NCBI GenBank assembly: GCA_964016885.1
Contig: OZ024740.1
Span: 290,966,001 to 291,030,000, forward strand
Length of the DNA stretch: 64,000 nt
DNA from: Eledone cirrhosa
Taxonomy: Eukaryota
Direction: 5' to 3'
Shown piece after piece: positions 38,732 through 50,296 of this stretch. A program made the translations under genes and the position numbers. Below the pieces are notes generated by a model, which saw nothing but the letters and a program-made list of their open reading frames with translations, was not told the DNA's origin and ran no database searches. Each line of letters starts with the position of its first letter. The stretch's first letter is position 1.

Positions 38732-40380
38732 GGACTGCGGAAAGCGGCGTCGGCCTACGCCGACGACGTGACAGTAATGGTGTCGAGCGCCTCGCAAATC
38801 GAGGAAGTCGGCACCTTACTAAAGGAATACGAAAGTCTCACAGGAGCGAAGCTGAACCGGGACAAGTCCATCGGTTTGCAACTCGGATCGTGGAGAGGCA
38901 GACCGATGCCTTCCGATGGCGTCGTCGGACGCTGGACGGAAGGACCGGTAAAGCTGCTCGGGGTCTGGTTTGGTCCGGACCTCCAGGTGGAGAAGAACTG
39001 GAACGAAGTGACGGCCAAGGTGTTTGCACTCACCCAGAAGTGGGCCGAGTGCAAACTATCCTTGAAAGGTCGAGCGGAGGTGGCGAACACTTTTATAGCG
39101 TCCGCCATCTACTACCGCTTGACCGTCGTGCCTTGTCCAGCCAAAACGCTCGCCAAAATGGAGCGCGCGCTCTTCCGATTCCTTTGGAAGAGGCGGGCTC
39201 CTTTGGTGAGAAGATCCATCTGCTGCCAACACCCTTCTAACGGAGGGCTGGGGATGCCGTGGTTGACGATGCGCAAACACGCGCTCAGGCTGCGGCATCT
39301 CTACGAATTCCTCACCGGACAACCGGTGTGGGCCCCGTTCGTGAGGCGAGCCTTCCCACGACTCGTCTCGCTGACCGAGCTGCAGTCCTGGGTCAAGCAG
39401 AGACCGAGGAAAATGGGCGACTGGCACATCAAATGTGCTCAGGCGCTCACAGCCCTCTGGCAGGCGGACCCGGCGATCAGTGGAGACTCCACTTCATCAT
39501 TCTATAGAGGGTTGGTCCGCAGCAAGTGCGACGACGCGCTCGGTGAAACTCTAGGCGTAGAGGAAGATGAACTGGCCAGTCTGTTCGGTAGGACCTTCCG
39601 CCCGGGACCGATGGACAACTTCCAAAAGTCCCTGGCCTGGCAGTGCTACCGAGGAGCTCTACCAGTTCGCGACAAGCTCTACAGACATGGGCGCCCGGGC
39701 AGGGACCCTGCAAAAAAGATCTGTCCGAGGTGCGTGCGAGACGAAGAAACCGTCGCGCACGCATTCATACACTGCCCGGGCGTCACTGACCTGTGGGGCT
39801 ATGTAGAACGACTATTGTCGCGGGTGGGACCAATCCAGTTGACCACCGAGTCCATTGTCATGATCAAACCGCCACCCTCCTTCAAAAACGAAGGAGAGGC
39901 GGTTTTCCTTTGTGTGATAGCTATGGCGAAAGAGGTTGTATGGTGGACAAGGTTGAAAGGGCTGAGGTCAGACACCTTTCTCTCCGGCCAACAACTGATT
40001 CTTTTTTTCAAATACCACTTTGGAAGAAGAATCAGGATGGAGAGAGAGGTGCTGTACCCCAGCAAGTTTTATGAAAGGTGGGTGAAAGTGGCGAGAATGG
40101 CTCGAGTGAATGGGCCTTCTCTCTATATCAGCCTGTAGGTTGAGGAAAAGGAGGAGGAGAGGAAAGGAGTACAAGCTCTTCGTACTCCTGGAGATGAGGG
40201 TTGCACATTTTTTTTCGGGGGTATGTGTTACCCATATAAACTGTCTCCCTCTATTGGGGAAAATCGACTAACTTTTAAATTCCATCTGTGATAACATTTT
40301 ACACGTTTTTATTGTATGTAAACTTCCCCCTTTGTATTTGTCCCCTTCTTTTCTGCCCCTGTGGCTAATAAAGAAATAAA
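38732..40380 (+). mobile_element. Tx1/L1-clade LINE ORF2 3' half, 5'-truncated, frame intact
   Basis: AYADDVTV, GAKLNRDKS, LSLKGRA, GGLGMP and CCHC knuckle CPRC..ETVAHAFIHC; AATAAA at 40367; GC/CpG-rich, so probably young. Confidence 0.93.
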
Positions 40381-40789
40381 ACAAACTCGACTGAATTGTC
40401 TCCCCTGCTTTACAAAATATGTAGTCGGCAGCTGTAACGTAACTATGTCACACAATATGACAACTTAATCTACAGTAGTATATTAACAGGAATTAAAGAT
40501 CATTGGATGATTATTTTGGAAATTTATTTCGATCCATTCCTTTCCTCTGACATTCCAAAACCTCAAAATTAAAAATCACAAAATACACCTAAAACACACC
40601 AAGTTTAAAGTATACACAGCACTAACGAATATATGTATATCTACTGATAGCAACACCAGTGATGGAATAAAAACTTGGGGGTTTATTTTCTAAAAATTTA
40701 GAAAATAAACCCAGCAGAGACTAAAATTTTAGTGAGTAGAAAGGAGGTCAGGGAAGTGGCCATGTTCAATAGATAGGAAAGGATTAGGT

Positions 40790-41165
40790 ATAAACTCTAC
40801 ACTCTACTTAAAGTAAGAAGTGTATACTCTACTGCGATAGGTATGGGTAATCTTCACATTTTATCTAATACAGTATGTCAATGGAGATATCACAGCACAT
40901 GTTACATAATTGTAGATGAATCACTACCTCCTTACATAAAGTATTATACTTAAAGTATAAACTCTACACTCTACTTAAAGTACAAACTTTACACTACTTA
41001 AAGTACAAACTCTACACTCTGCTTAACGTATAAACTCTTCACTCTACGTAACGTATAAACTCTACACTCTACTTAAAGTACAAACTCTACACTCTACTTA
41101 ACGTATAAACTCTTCACTCTACGTAACGTATAAACTCTACGTAACGTATAAATCCTATACTCTAC
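40790..41165. repeat. About 25-bp minisatellite (taaactctacactctacttaaagta)
   Basis: Tandem copies mainly 40950-41165, isolated copies at 40790 and 41330. Confidence 0.8.
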
Positions 41166-41392
41166 GCAGTGTACCTGAGCGCTGTACACAATAATTTTCA
41201 TTATTATTCCAGCCGAGGTTAACTTTGCCTTTCATCCTTACGGGGTCGATGAAATAAAGTACCAGTAATGTACTGGGTTAATGCTGGCCTTGTGCCAACA
41301 GTAGACACTTTATCATTATTATTAAAGAATAAACTCTATACTCTACTTAAAGTAGCACTTAACAAACACTGTTTATTTTCTTACCAGCAACA

Positions 41393-43592
41393 CTTGACTG
41401 GGTGGCGGAGGACAGTCATTTATATCTACCCCAGTACTTGACTGAGGTGGGGGAGGGTCAGTTAATTATATCTACCCCAGTACTTGACTGGGGTGGGGGA
41501 GGGTCAGTCAATTATATCTACCCCAGTACTTGACTGGGTGGGGGAGGGTCAGTCAATTATATCTACCCCAGTACTTGACTGGGGTGGGGGAGGGTCAGTC
41601 AATTATATCTACCCCAGTACTTGACTGGGGTGGGGGAGGACAGTCAATTATATCAACCCCAGTACTTGACTGTGGTGGGGGAGGGTCAGTCAATTATATC
41701 TACCCCAGTACTTGACTGAGGTGGGGGAGGACAGTCAATTATATCAACCCCAGTACTTGACTGTGGTGGGGGAGGGTCAGTCAATTATATCTACCCGAGT
41801 ACTTGACTGGGGTGGGGGAGGGTCCACGACGAAAAGCCAAAGATGCGTTGGTGGCACTCCTGCGGTGGCGACGGACGCGTATCTCCTGCGACGGGGTCAT
41901 CCGAAGGCGGCGAGAGGCCAGTCGTCGAGGCCGAGGGTCGAGTAAAACGAAAAACGAAAGTTAAAAAAAAAAAGCGAAAAGGTGAAGTTGTTGGCGAAAA
42001 GCACAAGACTTATACGCCGCCCAACCGGGAAGACGCGCATCGGCGGCGACAGAGGAGGCGTTGGCGGCGCTCCGACAGTAACGGCGTCTCTCCTGCGGCG
42101 GGCGGTCTTGAATAACAATTCGTCGATGGCGCGCGACGGATACGGGCTCTAACGTGCGGCGGACGACTACGTAAGTAGGGTAACCAAGCACGCACAACCC
42201 GTAACGTAAGCAGAAAACCGAAAGCTACAACGAGTAGCTCGTCTGATCGAAGTTACCCTATATGATAGACAGGACCCCCTGGCAGTATTGCTGTCACCGT
42301 GATCATTCGCATTCCCCGGCAGCGAATGCGCCGGTCACGAGTTGTAGGTAGAACCGCCTTGCCGGCGAGTTGTATTCGGTCGCGCGATCGACACTGGCAA
42401 AATGGAAATTTCCAGCCGAAACGAAGCGGGCAAGAGGCGTGCAAAACACGGAGGACAGTCATTTATATTTACCCCAGTACTTGACTGAGGTGGGGGAGGG
42501 TCAGTCAATTATATCTACCCCAGTACTTGACTGAGGTGGGGGAGGGTCAGTCAATTATATCTACCCCAGTACTTGACTGTGGTGGGGGAGGGTCAGTCAA
42601 TTATATCTACCCCAGTACTTGACTGAGGTGGGGGAGGGTCAGTCAATTATATCTACCCCAGTACTTGACTGTGGTGGGGGAGGGTCAGTCAATTATATCT
42701 ACCCCAGTACTTGACTGAGGTGGGGGAGGGTCAGTCAATTATATCTACCCCAGTACTTGACTGAGGTGGGGGAGGGTCAGTCAATTATATCTACCCCAGT
42801 ACTTGACTGTGGTGGGGGAGGGTCAGTCAATTATATCTACCCCAGTACTTGACTGAGGTGGGGGAGGGTCAGTCAATTATATTTACCCCAGTACTTGACT
42901 GAGGTGGGGGAGGGTCAGTCAATTATATCTACCCCAGTACTTGACTGGGGTGGGGGAGGGTCAGTCAATTATATCTACCCCAGTACTTGACTGGGGTGGG
43001 GGAGGGTCAGTCAATTATATCTACCCCAGTACTTGACTGGGGTGGGGGAGGGTCAGTCAATTATATCTACCCCAGTACTTGACTGAGGTGGAGGAGGGTC
43101 AGTCAATTATATCTACCCCAGTACTTGACTGAGGTGGGGGAGGGTCAGTCAATTATATCTACCCCAGTACTTGACTGAGGTGGGGGAGGGTCAGTCAATT
43201 ATATCTACCCCAGTACTTGACTGGGGTGGGGGAGGGTCAGTCAATTATATCTACCCCAGTACTTGACTGGGGTGGGGGAGGGTCAGTCAATTATATTTAC
43301 CCCAGTACTTGACTGGGGTGGGGGAGGGTCAGTCAATTATATCTACCCCAGTACTTGACTGAGGTGGGGGAGGGTCAGTCAATTATATCTACCCCAGTAC
43401 GTGACTGGGGTGGGGGAGGGTCAGTCATTTATATCTACCCCAGTACTTGACTGGGGTGGGGGAGGACAACCAATTATATCTACCCCAGTACTTGACTGAG
43501 GTGGGGGAGGACAACCAATTATATCTACCCCAGTACTTGACTGAGGTGGGGGAGGACAACCAATTATTTCTACCCCCAGTACTTGACTGGGG
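41393..43592. repeat. 46-bp G-rich minisatellite (about 9 + 25 units) interrupted by a GC-rich insert
   Basis: Unit ccccagtacttgactggggtgggggagggtcagtcaattatatcta; period 46 (for example 42471 to 42517). Confidence 0.97.
41825..42448 (-). other. CpG-rich 624-bp insert, possibly an rDNA promoter/5'ETS fragment
   Basis: Sharp compositional break from the AT-rich window. Minus strand has TCATATAGGGTAAC (Pol I start-site-like) followed by structured GC-rich sequence. The insert itself is clear; its identity is inferred. Confidence 0.45.
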
Positions 43593-43839
43593 TGTATTTT
43601 ATTGACCATAGGAGGATGAAATGAATGTTGACCTCAACAATATTTGATCTGTAAATATAAAGATTTGTGACCTTCTGAGTTCAAGTCTGAGCAAAGCTAA
43701 ATAACAACAATAATAATAATAATGATTTCTACTATAGGCACAAGGCCAGCAATTTTGAGAGAGGGGGAGAGTCGATTAAATCGACCCCAGTATGTTACTG
43801 GTACTTTATTTTATCAACCTGTGAGGATGAAAGGCAAAG

Positions 43840-44275
43840 CTGTATTGATAGTACCTGTACTGATAGTGCCTGTACTGATAGTACCTGTACTGATAGTACT
43901 TGTATTGATAGTACTTGTATTGATAGTACCTGTCCTGATAGTACCCAGTTTAATAGTACCTGTCCTAATAATACCCAGTTTGATAGTACCTGCCCTGATA
44001 GTTCCCAGTTTGATAGTACATGCCCTGATAGTATCCAGTTTGATAGTACCTGTCTTGATAATTCCCAGTTTGATAGTACCTTACTGATAGTACCTGTACT
44101 GATAGTACCCAGCTTGATAGTACCTGTACTGACAGTACTTGTATTGATAGTACCTTACTGATAGTACCCAGTTTGATAGTACCTTACTGATAGTACCCAG
44201 TTTCATACTACCTTACTGATAGTAGCCAATTTCAAAGTACATAATTTGATAGCACCTGTACTGATAGTACCCAGT
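43840..44275. repeat. 15-bp tandem repeat (ctgatagtacctgta / ttgatagtacccagt)
   Basis: Direct reading; explains the IVPVL-repeat ORF. Confidence 0.9.
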
Positions 44276-44509
44276 ATGTTCTTCCATTCATGTCAGATGT
44301 CTATACAAGTGCAGTTGTCATTCCTGCACACTTCAGCTGATACTTTTAACAACCAGCTAATTTTTCATTTCACCCAGTGATTATTTTAACATTCAGTTGA
44401 CACCAGTTTGTGTAATTCTAAATCTAATTTTGTGCAGTTTACATTTTGTGTCAAATACTACGTGGCGCTTACATGGTAAATGATGGTTAAAAAACTTAAT
44501 CTAATCTAA

Positions 44510-44940
44510 GATGGCCGAGTTACACTCGCAAATAAGAAGAACCAGGGCCACCTCTTGGAGCATTGGATTTGGTGTACTTCATATTTGTTTTGGTTGCTGA
44601 ATACAGTCAGGGGTCGCTGTTTCTCCTGAAGATCAATAGTTCTCTTCTAACTCAAACAGGAGCGCCTTTCCATTGTCAATTGCATTGATCATCTGCAAAG
44701 CCGCATTGTTCTCAGAACCACTACACCAGTCTTTTGATGCTTGCAGCTGGAACTACTGCCATCCATTGATGGGGCAGTTTTTTTTTTTTGTTCTTCCGCC
44801 CTTTGTCAGGTTTTGTCTTTTGTCCTGCAGGGTGTCCAAAATCACCCTCCTCACCAAGTAAACTTGGTGGGGTTGCTGGTTTAGTTGCCAACGACTCGAC
44901 CATGCGACAGGTTGTACTGGCTTACATGCTACCAGTAGCA
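44510..44940 (-). mobile_element. Dispersed repeat, probably a LINE 5' region
   Basis: ctttgtcaggttttg...tgtccaaaatcaccctcctc also occurs at about 49455-49600 and 56295-56390. Confidence 0.55.
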
Positions 44941-45899
44941 CTCAAGAGTGCTTATAAAATGTTTAAAATAGCTATTTACAAATGCTTCTCAGACTCAGAG
45001 AATATAAAAGACTGGGCCATGGTACCTGCTTCAAAGATTTGTATAGTTCTAAAATTTCCTGCATGTAGTATTTATGTCAAATACTACATGTGACACTTAC
45101 ATGGTAAATGATGGTCAAAAGACTTAAAACACTCATAAAATGTTAAAAATAGCCACATACAAATATTTCTCAGACTCAGAGAATATCAAAGACTGGGTCA
45201 TGGTTCCATCTTCAAGGATATGTGTAGTTGTAAAATTTCCTAAATATAAACATTGAGCTCATTCTTCTCTAACAAGGGCTAAACATTACACATCCAATAG
45301 ATTATGCTTTCTCTTATTTCTCTCCAGACTTCATAGATTTCTACAGTCACTGCTCATGTCTCACAATCTTACAGTATTGCATTTCTTGCACCGGTTTTCT
45401 TACATGGAAAAAGAAACCCTCTGTTGTTTAATCTCAGATTAGCAATGATCCAAGACACCTAGGATAAAAAAAAAATGTTCCAGCTGTGACTATCCTGTTT
45501 TTTTTTGTTTTTTTTTTAACAGACAGCACTTAGGATTACATTATCCATTGAGTTGATGTTTTTTCAATACAAGATGTGATTTGTAGTAGCTTTGATTGCT
45601 GTAATCAAAGATGGTCCATCTATGACCATCAAATCCTTTCCTCAGACATAGTCTATCTAGGTTTACATTATCTAATGTGTCTACTTTTTTAAGATACTAA
45701 GGTATGATTTGAGGTAGATTTAGCTGATGTTTATAGCAAATCAAGTGACTGCATAGAGGTTCGTTCATTGGTTGCTAACAGAGGCAATAACCTCCTAAAG
45801 CTCTTTACTCTAGCCACTAGGCCAAGTAGTATAATAGTATACACATTTCAGACTGTGTCAAAGCCAAATTGTGATCCTCTAATGTCCTGTCCCAAATCT

Positions 45900-46720
45900 G
45901 CATATTTTCTCAAGTTGTGACAAAGGTTAATTGGACATATTTCTTTCTTGGATGAGTTTTATAGTGATGCCTGTTTATTGGGGTATTACCTCTTTTTGGA
46001 GATGTTGTTTACAGTCTTTCTGGTGGTATCATCACCATCATCAACTGGCAGCCTCAGCTGAAATTGATTCAACAATTGATCTCCACCTGGGTTAGTCATT
46101 CATTGCCATTGCCAAGTTATGGATTTCAATATCAGAATCGCTGGAGATGACATTGAGATAGGAGAGCTTGTGGTTTCCAAAGCACTGATGGGGACACAGC
46201 CTCCGAGGTGGTACGATGGCAGTAGCCAGCAAATCTTACTCTCCTTTTATGTACAACGATATATATGCATGGGAGGCTGGCATATATTTCTTTCAAAGTC
46301 AGATGTCACCAGCTTATATTCTGAATGTATCGAAGTAGGCGAGTGTAGGTGCCATCAAGGCGCTTTTGTTGTTTGGTTGAAAGCGTCCATGTTTCACTTC
46401 CATATAGTGAAATTGGTTGAATTGTTACTTGGAAGAGTCTGATTTTGGTGTGGTTGAAAAGATTTGAGTGCCAAACTCGATCCATCTTGTTGCAAGCCGA
46501 CCATGCTTGGGTCTTTCAGGTGGCAAAATCCTTCCCAGAGTCCATGATCCAGGACCCAAGATATTTAAAATCCTCAACTTGCTTGATATCACTGCCATTG
46601 ATTGGTTTGATGTTGTTGCCGGTAGAGTTTGATATGTACTCTGTTATACCTCGTGGTATAATCACCAATAGTCTTCAGGTGATATTCTTGTGACAGGTAA
46701 GCAACTGAGCCTGAATCCTT
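45900..46720 (-). mobile_element. Degenerate LINE (RTE-X-like) RT C-terminal region
   Basis: Minus strand gives QVEDFKYLGSWI, AWSACNKMDRVW and ETWTLSTKQQKRLDGTYTRLLR. Confidence 0.7.
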
Positions 46721-46774
46721 TATTTTACTGTGTCTGATATTCTAACCACTGGAAAACAGAGCTAAGTATTCTAT

Positions 46775-46980
46775 AATGATTTCTAGTTTAAGTACAAGAT
46801 CAGTAAATTTGGAGAAAGGATAAATTTGATTAAATCGACTCGCGTACTTGATTTGTACTTTATTTTATCGATACCAGAAGGATGAAAGGCAAAGTTGACC
46901 ATGGCAGGATTTGAACTCAGAACAAATATTGCAAAAGTATTTTATCTGACGCTCTACCAAATTTTACTAATTCACCACCC
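46775..46980 (-). mobile_element. tRNA-derived SINE, representative of an abundant family
   Basis: B-box gagttcaaatcc plus ctttgcctttcatcct...gataaaataaagtac body. Other copies at about 9035-9160, 21185-21390, 31570-31670, 41205-41305, 43720-43840, 62690-62850 and 63700-63750. Confidence 0.8.
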
Positions 46981-47100
46981 TTAAGTAGCCTATAATGACA
47001 ACAGACTCGCCTTCCTGGATATTCGACAAGTAGTTAGAATATCAAGACTCAGATGGTAAATTAAAAGTTCCAGGTTTAGTACCTGACCCAGGTCATGAAT

Positions 47101-47146
47101 ATCACCTGAAGACGACTGGAGATTATACCAATCGAAATGTTGTGTC
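47101..47146 (+). ncRNA. Minimal hammerhead-ribozyme-like motif
   Basis: cac-CTGAAGA-c-gactgg...ccaatc-GAAA-tg-T-T-gtg; stem I cac/gtg. Confidence 0.5.
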
Positions 47147-49808
47147 AACAACATACCCCTAAAATAGATATCAAGGTTAAATATATATTCTTGTATGATG
47201 TGTCACGCAATTTTTAAATATAAAATTGGCGTCTGGTTAAGCTGTACAAAGAAAACATATCAAAGCGAATCATTTAAAATAATAATAGCGAGATAGTGTT
47301 TCTTCTCGCTGTATATTTTAATTGCTAGGTTAGCGGGGACAGTTCTCTTTTTTTTTTTTAATGGAATTTAAAGAAGTAAAAATTCCTATTGTTTTGCGAT
47401 CTTGTCGACAATTTATATGGATATGAATTAACATAAAAATATAAATCCAGCTAAATTTAGTTTGGAGATTGTTCAACCGATTCTGACTGATTTCTGTTTC
47501 CTGGTTCTTAGACAGTGTTGACAATTTAACAACCAGGTCACAAGACGGCAGCAAGTACCCCGTTATAGAAAGTTCTGTTCATGCGCATTGAAAGCAAAAA
47601 GTTGACAAACTCAGACAATAACAAACTTAATATTTTTACACCTTCGTATGAATTTCATGCAAACTTTCACAGAGCCATTGATTTTATCTTCATCTCTGTA
47701 CAGTGAAAAAAAATTGTGTTTATTAAGAGAATACATATTTTTATGGATTATTGAGTATTGGTAAGTTTTGTTAAAACTTCTTTCTATATATATCTAAAAT
47801 AATTATATTAAACAATTCGTCTCCATTGTTATAATCTCAATTATTGTTTCAGTTTATTAATTCTATTTGAACTTTGAATTAAAAACTGAATAAATATCCT
47901 CAACAATTTAGCTTTTAAAATAAATACAACTTTCTTATTCTTTTAAACCTTAAAATGAAACGTGCTTTAAAATAATAATTGGAATTATTTTAACTCTTAG
48001 CCGTGTATAGTGAAGTTCATGAAAACTTTACTCGTGATTTTTACATCTTCGATAGTTGTAGTTTTTACGTCATCTTTATAAGAATTATGGCAAAACCCCC
48101 AAATCCTTGTGATGTAACTTAGAAAGAATGAGAACCCCCAAAATATGCCTCATTCTGTTATTTCTATTTTTATTGTAGAAGTGAATAAAATATATTCTAT
48201 TTAATTTGTTTTGCTATCTTGTTGGTATAGACAAATAATATATACAATACTTAATGAATACTTCTTACAGAATGAAAATATAAACACATATAATAAATAC
48301 AATTAGTTATTGCTAGGTACCTTTACTGAATTCCATTTAAACTGCTGTGTTTTATACTCTGCTCTATCAACACTTCGGTATGAAAATTTAACCTGCTATT
48401 TTTATTTGAGGTATAAAAACCAGACATCAAGACTGACAGACGAAATTGCCTTTAGATCACGAAGGTTGAAATGTAACAAGTATTTGAGCCAGCGTGGGAG
48501 TCTTCTCAACACGGCAACGCAGCTAGAAACAATAGCTAAATATTTCAAACCCCAACACGGTATCTCAGTTAGAAATAACAGCTGTATATTTCATACCTCA
48601 ACACGGTAACTTAACTTAATCTGATAGAAACAATAGCTTAATATTTCAAACCTTAACACAGGAACTTAATAAGCTAGAAAGAACAGCTTAATATTTCAAA
48701 CCACATAATAAGGACTCATCAAATGGAAAGTATATTCTGGTTAATGTAGTTTGAAATAACCGATGTTTAAAAAATGTGATATGATCACAACTAGAGCTTC
48801 TGAGATCGTAGGTCTGCTCCATTTAGGCCCAAGGAGTCTCTTCGTGCTCTCTCAAATTGCTACAAATAGCGGTAAAATGTTCCTTAAACCATTCCCTAGT
48901 GTCTCCAAAAAGTCAAATTAGAAAATGTTTTTTTTTCTCTCGCTTTGATCGTATATTTCGTGCATGTTTGTAAGGTTTCTAGCAATAATTAATTGTATTT
49001 ATTATATGTTTATATTTTCACACTGAAAAGATTGTGATCAATGTGTAATGTTGTTTATACAGCTGTGAATAACATAAGGGTAAAGTACATTATGTCTAAA
49101 ATACAAAAAAAAAATAAAAAAAAATAATCATGGCTAGAACTTATTTCACTGCTCAGTGCTAAATAACAATCAACAAGTATTTATTCACAAAAACACGATT
49201 CCATTTATTAGACTGATCAAGTCGAACTTTGATCGTATGCATGCATGTATGTGTGTGTTGACTAGAGGTCCTTCACTCCCAGTGGTTTAACCGCGCGATC
49301 GAGTATCCAGCCCTATTATTTCTAATTCCCCGCGCATATACATACACATGCATATATACATATACATACATATGTATATACTTATTTACACATTTTTGGA
49401 TGCACCCATGTATATACACACATACATATGTGTATATACATATTTACACACTTTTGGATGGCCGTTGACTCTTATGAGTTCTTTCGCTCTTTGTCAGGTT
49501 TTATTTTTTGTTCTGCAGTGTCCAAAATCACCCTCCTCTGGTGAGGTTGGTGGTTTAGTCACCGACGACCCGACCATGCGACAGGCTCTACTGTGTTATA
49601 GTTAATGTCGCTCAGAGAGTGGAATTGGCTCAGTGCACAGTCTTTCCTCACTTTAAAAATAATCTTCACGCACAGGCATTGCACGATAGTATTAATTGAG
49701 AATTATGAATAATGTTATATCGTGCAATGGCCATACTCGATAACGAAGGGACAGCCATCATGTATGTACGCATTGAAACAGCGAGCGAGTTTGAAATTAG
49801 AAATAGAA

Positions 49809-49982
49809 GCTTTCGCCGTATTTTTTTTACTAAAGAAAATTTAGCCTGCTAGTGGGGTTGAGAACCCTCTATGAAATGGAAAAAGATGAGTATTGACGTC
49901 AATACTCATCTTTTTCCACTTCTTAGAGGGTTCCCAACCCCACTATCAGGCTAAAATGTTCGTAAAAAAATACGGCGAAAGC
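49809..49982. repeat. Spacerless imperfect palindrome, about 87-bp arms
   Basis: Centre ggaaaaagatgagtattgac|gtcaatactcatctttttcc; ends gctttcgccgta / tacggcgaaagc. Confidence 0.9.
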
Positions 49983-50296
49983 ACACACATATACAATATA
50001 ATGACAATCAAAGTGTTGAAAACATTTAATCATTTACGATCGTTTCATCCAAGCACAACCAAGGTTTGATCGGAGTATATAATAAAGGTTAAAACAAATA
50101 TAATATCAGAAGTTTATCATAAGAACATAAGGAGGGTACATAATATGGGAAGTAAGCATAAGTATCAACATTTATATAAGAAATACACAAAGGCGGAAGA
50201 AGCATATGAAAAATATGAACATATAAGCGCAATAAAATTAGGAGCAGCTAAAAAACATTACAAATTTAAATAACATGCTGCTATGGAGATACAATT

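Noticed and set aside
41712-42484. Short Arg/Lys-rich ORFs in the GC-rich insert, or a bacterial gene fragment
   Set aside because: Open in several frames because of GC content, with no recognisable domain; the poly-A/T tract argues against coding. Foreign origin is not fully excluded without a search.
41393-43592. CRISPR-like array
   Set aside because: Units are contiguous with no unique spacers, there are no cas genes, the context is eukaryotic, and the unit derives from a SINE
43722-44087. IVPVL-repeat hydrophobic ORF
   Set aside because: SINE sequence plus a 15-bp tandem repeat
47330-47770. Possible promoter or first exon of a second gene (atgcgcat motif, gtaagt at 47761)
   Set aside because: No downstream coding exons identified; the motifs alone are too weak
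49677-49730. Pre-miRNA-like hairpin (cattgcacgata...tatcgtgcaatg)
   Set aside because: Only a 12-bp stem, no miRNA I recognise, and it lies among repeat fragments
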